64,000 bases of DNA from Candidatus Kaiserbacteria bacterium (lineage in GTDB: Bacteria > Patescibacteriota > Minisyncoccia > Phycocordibacterales > UBA2100). Numbering within the stretch: the first letter of the stretch is position 1; every line of letters starts with the position of its first letter. The stretch spans positions 16,522 through 80,521 of the forward strand of contig JAHFMV010000003.1 of the NCBI GenBank assembly GCA_023267655.1, given 5' to 3'. Below the pieces are notes generated by a model. The model was not told the DNA's origin, made no database searches, and worked only from the letters and a program-made list of their open reading frames with translations. Shown here piece by piece: positions 17,238-26,569 of this stretch. A program made the position numbers and the translations under genes.

Positions 17238-17296
17238 CTACCCATACTACCAAATGTATATACAATTGTACATACACTTATCCACAACCGGTTTTC

Positions 17297-17365
17297 CCCC
17301 AGCCCACATCTCCCAACGCCCTCCGCAACGAGGCGGTCATTACGTTTCTTGAGACCCAAAAATAG
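17297..17365 (+). repeat. degenerate direct duplicate of the tig 3' end (compare 16617-16680), flanking the brnTA insertion
   Basis: gcccacatctcccaacgccctccgcaacgaggcggtcattacgtttcttgagacccaaaaatag versus gcccacatcacccacgccctccgcaatgaagcggtgattacttttttggagcaacaataatag (about 80% identity, same reading frame relic). Confidence 0.65.
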
Positions 17366-17368
17366 TTG

Positions 17369-17396
17369 TTGACGCGTGGCGAAAGAGTGCTATCTT
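17369..17396 (+). promoter_or_regulatory. sigma-70-like promoter TTGACG-N16-TATCTT
   Basis: Read directly; located between the brnTA insertion and a small ORF/clpP. Confidence 0.4.
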
Positions 17397-17440
17397 CCAG
17401 GTGCGTCACACATCACGACGCTGGCACACAGGAGTTTACG

Positions 17441-17626
17441 ATGGCGAAGAAAAAGGTTCCACGCACCGCACAAGATACACAGCCTATCAAGGAGACACGC
17501 CCCCCGCGTGTGCGCCCGAGTACTGGTCACGGATCCGTCATCCACGGCAATGATCGCGGCAACCCACAAATCCAGGATGATTACTGTGGTTGGGGCGATG
17601 GAACATCAACTACCGAGGCCTTCTAG
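17441..17626 (+). CDS. hypothetical small protein (61 aa)
   Basis: ATG with aggag RBS 7 nt upstream; followed by a clean terminator. Confidence 0.3.
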   Translation: MAKKKVPRTAQDTQPIKETRPPRVRPSTGHGSVIHGNDRGNPQIQDDYCGWGDGTSTTEAF

Positions 17627-17653
17627 CGAGAGATTCTGTGAGTATTCACCAAG

Positions 17654-17689
17654 CAGTTGGAGTCTTCACCTCCAACTGTTCTTTTTTAT
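17654..17689 (+). terminator. intrinsic terminator (cagttggag-tcttcac-ctccaactg then ttcttttttat)
   Basis: Read directly from sequence. Confidence 0.65.
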
Positions 17690-17735
17690 CCGCTAGAATG
17701 GCACCACAAAACCCGTTGTGATACTATGCCGTGGT

Positions 17736-18335
17736 ATGAAAAACACACCAATCACTGCGCAAATGTTAGTCCCGATGGTCATCGAGAAGTCCTCGATGGG
17801 CGAGCGAGCGTATGATATCTACTCGCGCCTCCTCAAGGAGCGCATCATCTTCCTCGGCGGCCCGATTAATGACGAAGTAGCAAACCTCGTCGTCGCGCAG
17901 ATGCTCTTCCTCGCTTCCGAAGATCCAAAGAAAGACATCTCCTTCTATATCAATAGCCCGGGCGGCCACGTCGCGGCGGGACTCGCGATCGTCGACACCA
18001 TGAACCACATCCAGCCGGATGTCTCGACCGTCTGCGTCGGTATGGCTGCATCGATGGGCGCCGTCCTGCTTTCCGCAGGCAAAAAGGGCAAGCGATTCGC
18101 GCTCCCAAACGCGGAAGTCATGATTCACCAGCCATCTGGCGGCGCGGAAGGCATGGCCTCGGATATCGAGATCACCGCCAAGCATATCCTTGCGACCCGC
18201 GAGCGCCTCAATAAGATGCTCGCAAAAAACAGCGGCCAAAAGCTTGAAAAGATAGAAAAAGACGTCGATCGCGACTTCTTCATGACCGCCGAGGAGTCCG
18301 TGAAATACGGGATTATCGACAAGGTGCTGGAGTAG
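17736..18335 (+). CDS. clpP: ATP-dependent Clp protease proteolytic subunit
   Basis: Conserved ClpP core [23 protein letters not shown], catalytic Ser/His/Asp context [11 protein letters not shown]...MIHQP. Start chosen at ATG 17736 (ORF-track GTG at 17718). Confidence 0.85.
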   Translation: MKNTPITAQMLVPMVIEKSSMGERAYDIYSRLLKERIIFLGGPINDEVANLVVAQMLFLASEDPKKDISFYINSPGGHVAAGLAIVDTMNHIQPDVSTVCVGMAASMGAVLLSAGKKGKRFALPNAEVMIHQPSGGAEGMASDIEITAKHILATRERLNKMLAKNSGQKLEKIEKDVDRDFFMTAEESVKYGIIDKVLE

Positions 18336-19235
18336 CTAGTGCCTCAAACTGTCTTGGAGGGAACGCAATTGCCTCCCGATCTCAAACGCGACATTCATGA
18401 GCCCTACGCGCGCCGGTTGTGAGCTTCCGGCACGTGCCACGCCCTCTTGATACCGGCGTTTAAGCAACTCGGAAAGCGAAAGAAAACTATCGTCTTCTTC
18501 GTGCGAACCGGTCTCCCGCGAGCGTTTTACATGTTCAAGCGCGGTGTGATGCACGTCGACAATGCGGTCGGTAAACATCATGCCAATGATTCCGACAAAG
18601 CTCGCGTTCGCACGTCGCTGCGCAATGTTATCGCCTTCCATAGATTGCGGCATGTGCGCCTTCTTCAATTCACTCGCCGGCGGCGGATTAAATTCTCCAA
18701 TTGACGTATTGATGCCTCGAGCAGCCAGCTCTGCGACGATTTTCTCCGATTCCATCATTCGAATTGCTTGGCGCTCACGCCCAAGAGAAACGAGGGCTTC
18801 GTCTCGCGAAGCAAAACCAAGTGCATTCCAGCTATCGGCGAGACGCTCAACTGCCTTTGGTAGCATGTCTCGCACCTGGGCGGTATAGACATCCTCGTGG
18901 GTTGCACCAACCGCCTGTAACAATTTTCCGATGGGTTTGTATTCTGTCGTCACTTCCCCGGCCGCGTTGGAGAGTTCAGAAAATGGTATGCCCCCGGTGA
19001 GGCGTTTCGCAAGCAGCGCACTCGCTTCGAGACAAATGTGCTCAAGCTCTTTGGGTGCCTCGTCGACGAACGCCCCCATCTCGTTAAACGCTTCGCGTCC
19101 CTCGGCAGCGGCATACTTGGCGTAGTTCTCTTCGGGCGGAACACCGTTGGGGCCCAGTTCTTTCAGCATCTCGCGGAGACTTTCCTTGCGCCCTTCCTCT
19201 TTCGCCTTCGTGCCAAGTAGCCATTCAAGTGCCAT
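18336..19235 (-). CDS. hypothetical protein (299 aa)
   Basis: ORF only. Confidence 0.35.
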   Translation of the reverse strand: MALEWLLGTKAKEEGRKESLREMLKELGPNGVPPEENYAKYAAAEGREAFNEMGAFVDEAPKELEHICLEASALLAKRLTGGIPFSELSNAAGEVTTEYKPIGKLLQAVGATHEDVYTAQVRDMLPKAVERLADSWNALGFASRDEALVSLGRERQAIRMMESEKIVAELAARGINTSIGEFNPPPASELKKAHMPQSMEGDNIAQRRANASFVGIIGMMFTDRIVDVHHTALEHVKRSRETGSHEEDDSFLSLSELLKRRYQEGVARAGSSQPARVGLMNVAFEIGRQLRSLQDSLRH

Positions 19236-19492
19236 GCCTGAAGCGTATCACGGATCAAAAGCCGTACCCGGAAACTTGACGTATCCATGCCGACATTGGC
19301 TATCCATGTAGCAGAAAAAAGCTCTTCATGCTATAGTCGCGGTACACCTTACTAAAAAATATGTTGTCAATTTCTTCTACCGCGCACCTGAAAACGCATG
19401 AGATGTTTGCGAAAATCGGCTTATTTTCGAACGATAATGTTGTTTCTGTAATCAAGCTTGCGTAACAAGGTGCGTGGCTGAAGTCCACGCCT

Positions 19493-21025
19493 ATGTTATC
19501 TATAAAATTTGTCCTTGCCCTCCTTGCCCTTGCGGGTCTTGTCGGCATTGCCTTCGGATATTTCCTCCGTTGGATCATTTCCCTCGGAAAACGAGGCTCG
19601 ATGGAACTTGAAATCAAGCAGATGATGCTTGATGCGCAAGAAAAAGGAAAAAAGATCATCGAAGAGAGCGAGCAGCGCGTCCGCGAAAAAGAAGAGACTA
19701 TTTCGGGAGAGTTGAAAGAAAAAGAGCGCGACTTGAAACAGATGGAAGAGCGTCTCATTAGGAAGGAAGAGATGGTTGACCAACGTCAGCACAATGTTGA
19801 TACCGAGAACGAATCGCTCAAATCCCAGACGGCGGAAGTTACAAAATTAAAGGAACGTGCCGATACTCTCATCCACGAACAGCAGGTGAAGCTTGAAAAA
19901 GTCGCCGGCCTCTCAAAAGACGAGGCGAAAAACGAGCTGCTCTCCTCGATCGAGAAACAGTACGAGAACGACCTCGAGAGCCGCATGCGCAAGCTCGAAA
20001 TCTCCGGCAACGAAAAGCTCGAGGCACGCGCCAAAGAAATCCTCACCACATCAGTCCATCGTCTTGGTAATTCCGTCGTCTCTGACGTCCTCGCGACGAC
20101 CGTTTCGATCCCGAATGACGATTTGAAAGGCAAAATTATCGGAAAAGAAGGCCGCAATATTCGCACATTCGAGAAAATGACGGGCGTTGATGTCATCGTC
20201 GATGATACGCCGGGCACGATTACCCTCTCCTGCTACGATCCGGTTCGCCGCCAAATCGCGCGCATCGCGCTCGAGAATCTTATTCTCGACGGCCGCATCC
20301 AGCCGGCAAAAATCGAAGAGGCCGTGCAAAAAGCCGAGGGAGAAATCGGCAACATCATCAAGAAAAAAGGTTCTGAAGCCGCGTACAACGCACGCGTCAC
20401 GAACCTCGACCCGAAACTCTTTATGATCCTCGGCCGTCTCTATTTCCGCACCAGCTACGGCCAGAACGTCCTCGATCACTCGGTTGAAATGGCGCACCTC
20501 GCGGGCATGCTCGCGGAAGAATTAGGCGCAGATCCTGCGGTTGCGCGCGCTGGTGCACTTCTGCACGACATCGGCAAAGCCGTCGACCATGAAGTTCCCG
20601 GCACGCACGTCGAAATCGGTCGTCGCATCCTCCAAAAGTTCGGCGTCGATGAGAAAGTCATCAAAGCGATGCAGGCGCATCATGAAGAATATCCGTACGA
20701 GACGCCCGAGAGCATGATCGTGCAAGTCGCCGACGCCGTCTCCGGCGGCCGACCAGGCGCTCGTCGCGATTCAATCGAGCAATACGTGAAGCGCCTCGAA
20801 GACCTCGAAGCGATCGCTAAGAAGCATCCCGGTGTCGATAAAGTCTACGCAATCTCCGCAGGTCGCGAAGTCCGCGTATTCGTTCGCCCTGAAGAAATCT
20901 CTGACCTCGACGCCCGCAAGTTAGCTCGCGACATCGCCGATCAAATCGAAAAGGAAATGCAATACCCTGGGGAAATCAAAATCAACGTCATTCGAGAAAA
21001 CCGCGTTATCGAGTACGCCCGCTAG
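19493..21025 (+). CDS. rny: ribonuclease Y
   Basis: N-terminal TM helix, coiled-coil, KH domain (GKIIGKEGRNIRTFEKMTG), HD domain (LLHDIGKAVDHEV...HH). Confidence 0.85.
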   Translation: MLSIKFVLALLALAGLVGIAFGYFLRWIISLGKRGSMELEIKQMMLDAQEKGKKIIEESEQRVREKEETISGELKEKERDLKQMEERLIRKEEMVDQRQHNVDTENESLKSQTAEVTKLKERADTLIHEQQVKLEKVAGLSKDEAKNELLSSIEKQYENDLESRMRKLEISGNEKLEARAKEILTTSVHRLGNSVVSDVLATTVSIPNDDLKGKIIGKEGRNIRTFEKMTGVDVIVDDTPGTITLSCYDPVRRQIARIALENLILDGRIQPAKIEEAVQKAEGEIGNIIKKKGSEAAYNARVTNLDPKLFMILGRLYFRTSYGQNVLDHSVEMAHLAGMLAEELGADPAVARAGALLHDIGKAVDHEVPGTHVEIGRRILQKFGVDEKVIKAMQAHHEEYPYETPESMIVQVADAVSGGRPGARRDSIEQYVKRLEDLEAIAKKHPGVDKVYAISAGREVRVFVRPEEISDLDARKLARDIADQIEKEMQYPGEIKINVIRENRVIEYAR

Positions 21026-21038
21026 AGGAAATTATTCC

Positions 21039-21068
21039 AAAAAACCCGCTGAAAAGCGGGTTTTTTGT
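21039..21068. terminator. bidirectional intrinsic terminator (aaaaaacccgct-gaaa-agcgggtttttt)
   Basis: Read directly; shared by rny (+) and the 21068 gene (-). Confidence 0.65.
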
Positions 21069-21643
21069 TATTTAAACGGCACTGCAGCAATAAAAACTGT
21101 GTAGTTGAATTTGAGGTCTTGAATGGACTCGTCGAGAATCTTGAGCTTATAGGTCGTGGCGGCATTTCGGGACGCGATAACCGCAGTGGTCTTCGGCAAC
21201 TTCCCACTCGCCAAGTCTTCTGCCGCTTTTGCGGTGTCCATATATTCGCCAACCTTAACTTTCGGCCAAATACGCTTCAGGTACATGCGGCACTGCTTGA
21301 TGGCTTGGTCATGCGAGACGATTTGCTTGATCGAGTCTGCGGTAGCGGCGCTTTTTACGAGCAAGTGATGATGGACATCGATTTCAAACATCTTTTTGAT
21401 ATGAAAATTGTGTTTTGCCATCGCATGCACAGCCTCGAGGACAATACCACCGTTTGAGTTCTCAATCGGAAAAATACCTATGTCCACAGCCCCTTTTTCG
21501 AGTTCGGAGAGGACATTTTCGGCGGTAATGAGGTAGAGGATCTCGAATTTCTTGAGATGCGCGTACTTTTTGGCATACGTGCGGCCAGCGTCTTCAGAAA
21601 ATGACCCCTTGGCACCCATAACTCCGATTTTTACGACTTTCAT
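21068..21643 (-). CDS. prephenate dehydratase-like protein (PDT domain only)
   Basis: IGVMGAKGSFSEDA...IFPIENSNGG pattern of the PDT catalytic domain; 191 aa, no ACT domain. Confidence 0.6.
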   Translation of the reverse strand: MKVVKIGVMGAKGSFSEDAGRTYAKKYAHLKKFEILYLITAENVLSELEKGAVDIGIFPIENSNGGIVLEAVHAMAKHNFHIKKMFEIDVHHHLLVKSAATADSIKQIVSHDQAIKQCRMYLKRIWPKVKVGEYMDTAKAAEDLASGKLPKTTAVIASRNAATTYKLKILDESIQDLKFNYTVFIAAVPFK

Positions 21644-21765
21644 GAGGGCAAATCATACATCTGTTTTGCCACTCTGACAATGATTGACATCCCGAAAATA
21701 CGGCTCAAAATGGTGCTTGATTGGTCGACAATCATTTTTACTTACAATTTTGTATAAACGCATAT

Positions 21766-22041
21766 ATGGCAAATAAAATGGATTTGGTAGACAAGGTGCA
21801 CTCGACGATCGGCTCGACGAAGGCCGATGCGGAGCGCGCGGTTGAGGCGATTATCATGATGATCACGGATTGCCTCAAGCGAGGCGAAGAGGTCTCGATC
21901 GCCGGATTGGGCATTTTCGAAGCAAAGACGCGCGCAGGCCGCACCGGTCGCAACCCGCGCACGGGAGCTACGATCCAGATCAAAGCTATGAAAGTTCCAA
22001 AATTTCGCGCATCGAAGACGCTCAAGGATGCGGTGAAGTAG
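21766..22041 (+). CDS. hup: DNA-binding protein HU
   Basis: MANKMDLVDKV...GLGIFEAKTRAGRTGRNPRTGATIQIKAMKVPKFRASKTLKDAV is the canonical HU/IHF fold signature; ATG at 21766 preferred. Confidence 0.8.
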   Translation: MANKMDLVDKVHSTIGSTKADAERAVEAIIMMITDCLKRGEEVSIAGLGIFEAKTRAGRTGRNPRTGATIQIKAMKVPKFRASKTLKDAVK

Positions 22042-22042
22042 T

Positions 22043-22067
22043 AGCGACTAGCCAATAGCCACTAGGA
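22043..22067. repeat. family-A repeat unit (tagcgactagccaatagccactagg) directly after the hup stop
   Basis: Identical to 3322-3346. Confidence 0.6.
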
Positions 22068-22100
22068 CAAAATCTGCCCGACGGCGGATTTTTGTTTTAC
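22068..22100 (+). terminator. intrinsic terminator-like hairpin (aaatctgcc-cgac-ggcggattt then ttgtttt)
   Basis: 8-bp stem with one mismatch plus T-run. Confidence 0.45.
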
Positions 22101-22127
22101 AGCGATATTCGTGTAGAGTTATCGAAC

Positions 22128-22198
22128 GCGGGATTAGTTTAATGGCAAAATGCGACTTTTCCAAAGTTGAATCGGGGGTTCGATTCCCCCATCCCGCA
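22128..22198 (+). tRNA. tRNA-Gly (anticodon TCC)
   Basis: Manual cloverleaf: acceptor gcgggat/atcccgc, D arm gttt-aatggca-aaat, anticodon arm cgact-ttTCCaa-agttg, T arm ggggg-ttcgatt-ccccc; 71 nt, no encoded CCA. Confidence 0.75.
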
Positions 22199-22202
22199 CT
22201 CT

Positions 22203-23369
22203 ATGGTTCGCTCTCTTCTACAACTTGCGGCCTCGCTTGGCATTGCATGCATTTTGGTGGCAGTCCTGTACATCGATGGCGCACAAGCACCCGTGTCTCT
22301 GCTATATCAACCAGCATCAACAACCCCATCAATCACAGAATCAACCTCGACGCCGCTCATTGCGTCAACGACCGTTGCAACGAGTACCGCAAAAAAGACA
22401 CCGGTAAAAAAAGCCGCGGCTAAGGCACAAAAGAGTCAAATAGCGACGACAACGCAAGGCCAGAGTGCAACAACGAGCACAAATGAAGTGCATCGTATCG
22501 AAAATCCCTACCCATTTCCCCCGCTTGCATCAGATTCGATCAATCAAAGCGCCCGCGCAGCTCTCGTGAATGTGTTTTGCCAAACTGCGGGAGGGCCGAT
22601 CAGCTCTATTTCAGGCTCCGGCGTGATTATTGATCCTCGGGGGGTTATTTTGACGAATGCCCACGTCGCGCAGTATGTCCTACTCTCCACGGAACCCGCT
22701 GCGGGATTGAATTGCTATATCCGCACCGGATCCCCCGCCGAAATACATTGGAACGTCGGCATTCTCTATATTCCAGCCGCTTGGGTGCAATTGCATGCAC
22801 AAGATATCGTCAAATCGAAGCCAAAAGGCACCGGCGAAAATGATTATGCGCTCCTGGTGATTACAGGTAGCACCGACGGCAACGCTCCACCAACAACCTT
22901 CCCCTACCTCCCGCCCGATACTCGTGAAGCCATTGGCTTTACGAGTGATCCAGTGCTCGTCGCCGCATATCCGGCGGAATTTGCCGGTGCATCGACACAA
23001 ACCGCACTATATCCCTCGACAGTCTTCACTCGTATCGGCGACCTACTTACGTTTGATGAGAGCACTGTTGATATCATTTCCCTTGGAAGTGTCGCGGTTG
23101 CCCAAGGTGGCTCATCGGGTGGCGGCGCCGTTAACGAATGGGGTCGGTTAGTGGGTGTTGTCACGACCACAAGCGAGGGAGAGACGACCGCGAATCGCGA
23201 ATTACGTGCCATTACGCTGGCCTATATCAATCGCGATATGCTTCGCAAAACTGGATCTACCCTCTTGAACTATATCGGTGCAGACCCCCTCACTAAGGCA
23301 CGAAGCTTTACGCAGAATGAAGCCCCGCTTCTCGCAAAGCAGGTTTTAGGCAATCTCCAAGGTCGCTAA
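22203..23369 (+). CDS. trypsin-like (S1/DegP-type) serine protease, membrane-anchored, Thr/Ala-rich linker
   Basis: His box GVILTNAHV, Asp DYALLV, Ser box GGSSGGGAV. ORF-track start at 22167 overlaps the tRNA, so ATG at 22203 is preferred. Confidence 0.65.
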   Translation: MVRSLLQLAASLGIACILVAVLYIDGAQAPVSLLYQPASTTPSITESTSTPLIASTTVATSTAKKTPVKKAAAKAQKSQIATTTQGQSATTSTNEVHRIENPYPFPPLASDSINQSARAALVNVFCQTAGGPISSISGSGVIIDPRGVILTNAHVAQYVLLSTEPAAGLNCYIRTGSPAEIHWNVGILYIPAAWVQLHAQDIVKSKPKGTGENDYALLVITGSTDGNAPPTTFPYLPPDTREAIGFTSDPVLVAAYPAEFAGASTQTALYPSTVFTRIGDLLTFDESTVDIISLGSVAVAQGGSSGGGAVNEWGRLVGVVTTTSEGETTANRELRAITLAYINRDMLRKTGSTLLNYIGADPLTKARSFTQNEAPLLAKQVLGNLQGR

Positions 23370-23376
23370 AATTTAA

Positions 23377-23447
23377 TCGGGGCGCCGAGAATCGAACTCG
23401 GTCTACTTGGTCCCAAACCAAGCGTACTACCGGTATACTACGCCCCG
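23377..23447 (-). tRNA. tRNA-Pro (anticodon TGG)
   Basis: Reverse complement folds as acceptor cggggcg/cgccccg, anticodon arm cttgg-ttTGGga-ccaag, T arm ccgag-ttcgatt-ctcgg; 71 nt. Confidence 0.7.
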
Positions 23448-23560
23448 CTCTTTTCTACTCACAAAAAACTTCTTCGCGTACGCCATACTACCACGGAAAA
23501 TTGCAAAGTGTACAACTTATAAAGGACACGGCGTGTCCAATATAATGTCCTTTACATATT

Positions 23561-23956
23561 TCACAGTATTTGCTCGAACAAACGACACCGCGCTTTCCTC
23601 GTAATGGGGTCTAGAATGACTCCCACCGCATCAATTTGATATTCCCTATCATCTTCCTTGTGTGCCATGTACAACTGCGCCGTACGAACAATCTTCTTAA
23701 GTTTAGCTGGATGAATCTGCTCTTCCGGCCGATACGAGTTGCTTTCACGTGAAAGACTCTCAAGATCGCCAGATACTGCTTTAACCTCGATAAAACGAAC
23801 TTCGTTATTTTTGAGGGCTATTATATCGATCTCACCCCATGGTTTCCGATAATTCATCTCGATAACTTTGAATCCTTTGCGCTCAAGAAACTGCCGTGCG
23901 ATATCCTCTCCAAGTGCACCAGTCTGACTCGTCTTACTTTTAAGCATACATTTCAC
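23561..23956 (-). CDS. YraN-family (UPF0102) endonuclease
   Basis: GE(D)IARQFLERKGFKVIEMNYRKPWGEIDIIALKNNEVRFIEVKA matches the YraN/UPF0102 pattern; AT-rich coding sequence. Confidence 0.55.
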   Translation of the reverse strand: MKCMLKSKTSQTGALGEDIARQFLERKGFKVIEMNYRKPWGEIDIIALKNNEVRFIEVKAVSGDLESLSRESNSYRPEEQIHPAKLKKIVRTAQLYMAHKEDDREYQIDAVGVILDPITRKARCRLFEQIL

Positions 23957-24159
23957 GTGAAAGCACCATATCTATGTTTCTTAAGTTACATTTAAGATGC
24001 CTTTCACGCGAAACTTCCTGTCTAATACAATAATATAGCTCAAAATATGCCTTTCTAAAGGAATGCGTCTTTTAATGAAGACACTGGTCATTTGTCCGAT
24101 ATCCACATATCCCCAGAGTTGTCCACATATCATAATATATTAAGACGTGAACTGAACCA

Positions 24160-24861
24160 TTGTCTGTTACTATTCAATATATGAGAAAAGATAAAATGTT
24201 AGCGATAAATATGAGGAAAACAGGTAGCAGTTACAACGAAATTCTTGAAGCTTTGAGAATTCCAAAAGCAACTCTATCGGACTGGTTTTCTAAGGAGGGA
24301 TGGTCTAATGATATCAGAAAAAAACTGACGACGACCGCGTACGAGGCACATTCCGTGAGAATGCGTGAGCTGGGTCGCGTTAGGGGAATTCATTTAGCGA
24401 ACGTGTATGGTGAGGCGCGACAAGAAGCGATCGTCGAGTACGAAGCAATGAAATATAATCCTCTTTTTATAGCTGGACTGATGACGTATTGGGGAGAGGG
24501 GGACAAGGCAACAAAACACACTGTGAGACTCACGAATACTGATCCTGAAATGCTGCGTTTATTCTTAATCTTTCTCACAAAAGTGTGTAGTATTCCACTG
24601 GAGAAAATTGGAGCACATATTCTAATTTATCCTGATTTAGAAGCAAAAAATTGCCTTGACTATTGGTCGCAGAAAACAGGACTGCCTATCGAACATTTTA
24701 CAAAATGTGTCACGATACAAGGCCGTCATAAAACAAAACGCCTCGGATTTGGGGTTGCAGAAATGTACGTCTGCAGTACGTATTTTAAAGCGAAAGTTCT
24801 AAAATGGCTTGAGTTATTGCCGCAGGAGTTGATGAGCAGAGAATATTATGCGAGTATATGA
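24160..24861 (+). CDS. hypothetical protein with N-terminal HTH-like region and a weak LAGLIDADG-like segment (FIAGLMTYWGEGD)
   Basis: AT-rich ORF (visibly lower GC than surroundings) between tRNA-Pro and tRNA-Gly; family assignment uncertain. Confidence 0.35.
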   Translation: MSVTIQYMRKDKMLAINMRKTGSSYNEILEALRIPKATLSDWFSKEGWSNDIRKKLTTTAYEAHSVRMRELGRVRGIHLANVYGEARQEAIVEYEAMKYNPLFIAGLMTYWGEGDKATKHTVRLTNTDPEMLRLFLIFLTKVCSIPLEKIGAHILIYPDLEAKNCLDYWSQKTGLPIEHFTKCVTIQGRHKTKRLGFGVAEMYVCSTYFKAKVLKWLELLPQELMSREYYASI

Positions 24862-24866
24862 CCGAC

Positions 24867-24937
24867 GCGGGTATGGTTCAATGGTAGAACAGGTGGTTGC
24901 CAATCACCTGATAGGAGTTCGATTCTCCTTACCCGCA
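24867..24937 (+). tRNA. tRNA-Gly (anticodon GCC)
   Basis: Acceptor gcgggta/tacccgc, D arm gttc-aatggta-gaac, anticodon arm ggtgg-ttGCCaa-tcacc, T arm aggag-ttcgatt-ctcct; 71 nt. Confidence 0.8.
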
Positions 24938-24955
24938 CAAAGAAGTTTTATCAGT

Positions 24956-25027
24956 TGCTCCCGCCAAGAGTCGAACTTGGAACGGCTGCTTCGAAGGCAG
25001 TAATGATATCCATTTCACCACGGGAGC
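24956..25027 (-). tRNA. tRNA-Arg (anticodon TCG)
   Basis: Reverse complement: acceptor gctcccg/cgggagc, anticodon arm actgc-ctTCGaa-gcagc (one A:C mismatch), T arm ccaag-ttcgact-cttgg; 72 nt. Confidence 0.6.
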
Positions 25028-25075
25028 TTGATGCACATCATACGTGGAATTCATTCGCGATGCTAGAATGCCTGC

Positions 25076-26536
25076 ATGAAGCGATCGGTTCCGCAAGAGG
25101 TACTTGATGTGCATTCGCGACTGCGTAAGGCAGGATTTGAGGCATACCTTGTGGGCGGGTGCGTGCGAGATCTCCTCCTGAACAGAGAACCGAAAGATTG
25201 GGATATTACGACGAACGCAAAGCCAGAGGAGATTCAACCCCTCTACGAAGAAACATTTTATGAAAATGCTTACGGCACCGTCGGTGTGGTCACACAATCA
25301 GAAAATCCGCGGTTGAAAGTCATCGAGGTGACACCGTACCGCATCGAAGGGGAGTACTCGAATGCACGACACCCTGACGATGTGACGTGGGCAAATAATC
25401 TCTCTGATGACCTCAAGCGTCGCGATTTCACCATCAACGCAATCGCATACGACCCCGAGACCGATACCGTTGTCGACGAGCATAATGGTCAGGAGGATAT
25501 TAAGAAAAAAGTGGTTGCAAGCGTTGGCGACCCGAACGAACGCTTTGCTGAAGACGCATTGCGCATGCTCCGTGCCATCCGTATCGCGGCAGAATTAGAT
25601 TTCGCGCTTGATGGAAATACGGCACAGGGGATCGCTCGAAATGCGTCCAAATTAGGGGATATTTCGAGGGAGCGTGTTCGCGACGAGCTCATCCGCATTT
25701 TAATGAGCGATCGGCCGCTACAGGCCCTCTACGTGGCTCAAAAGCTTGGTATTTTGAAGTACATCATCCCGGAACTTGAAGAAGGGATTGGGTGCGCCCA
25801 GAATCAAGCGCATTCATTCGACGTATTTGAACACCTCATGCGCTCACTCCAGCATGCGGCGGATAAAAAGTGGCCGCTGGAAGTCCGCCTCGCCGCGCTT
25901 CTTCACGACGTAGGGAAGCCGGCCACCCGCCGCTTTTCAGAAGATAAAAAAGATTGGACATTCTATGGTCACGACGTAGTCAGCGCTCGCATGGCAAAGA
26001 AAATCCTCTCCGAACTCAAATTTTCAAAAGAAGTAATCGCAAAAGTTGAAATCCTCGTCCGCTGGCACATGTTTTTCTCCGACCCCGATACCGTGACTCT
26101 CACCGCTGTCAGGCGTCTCATTTCGCGTGTGGGAGCGGAAAACATGCCGGACTTAGTAAATCTACGTGTTTGCGACCGCATCGGCACCGGCAGGCCAAAA
26201 GCGCATCCATTTAGGTTACGCAAATACATGTCGATGATCGACGAGGCGATGCGCGACCCGGTATCGGTTGCAATGCTCAAGATTGACGGGAATAGGATTA
26301 TGGAAGTAGGGGAGAAGGCAGGGCCTCGTATCGGCTGGGTGTTGCACGCGCTCCTGGAAGAAGTCCTCGACGATCCGGCAAAAAACTCGGAAGAATATCT
26401 TGAAAACCGCACGCAAGAACTGCTTAAATTATCTGATGAGGCGTTAAAAAAAGTGGGGGAGGCGGGCAAGGATCGCAGGGCAGAAGAGGACGCTGCGGCT
26501 GTGAAAGTCCTCCGTGATAAACATCACGTCTCCTGA
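25076..26536 (+). CDS. cca: CCA-adding tRNA nucleotidyltransferase with HD domain
   Basis: PolyA-pol/CCA head GGCVRDLLL...DWDITT...RRDFTINAIAYD and HD motif LLHDVGKP. Confidence 0.85.
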   Translation: MKRSVPQEVLDVHSRLRKAGFEAYLVGGCVRDLLLNREPKDWDITTNAKPEEIQPLYEETFYENAYGTVGVVTQSENPRLKVIEVTPYRIEGEYSNARHPDDVTWANNLSDDLKRRDFTINAIAYDPETDTVVDEHNGQEDIKKKVVASVGDPNERFAEDALRMLRAIRIAAELDFALDGNTAQGIARNASKLGDISRERVRDELIRILMSDRPLQALYVAQKLGILKYIIPELEEGIGCAQNQAHSFDVFEHLMRSLQHAADKKWPLEVRLAALLHDVGKPATRRFSEDKKDWTFYGHDVVSARMAKKILSELKFSKEVIAKVEILVRWHMFFSDPDTVTLTAVRRLISRVGAENMPDLVNLRVCDRIGTGRPKAHPFRLRKYMSMIDEAMRDPVSVAMLKIDGNRIMEVGEKAGPRIGWVLHALLEEVLDDPAKNSEEYLENRTQELLKLSDEALKKVGEAGKDRRAEEDAAAVKVLRDKHHVS

Positions 26537-26569
26537 ATTCCCAAGTAAGGCGACCAGCCGTATTGGCAG

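Noticed and set aside
22142-22423. ORFs starting inside the tRNA-Gly(TCC) gene (22142 and 22167 starts)
   Set aside because: Overlap a well-formed tRNA. The protease gene was instead started at ATG 22203, 5 nt after the tRNA.
24160-24861. Calling the 233-aa protein a bona fide LAGLIDADG homing endonuclease
   Set aside because: Only one degenerate dodecapeptide-like segment and no second motif; left as hypothetical with a note.
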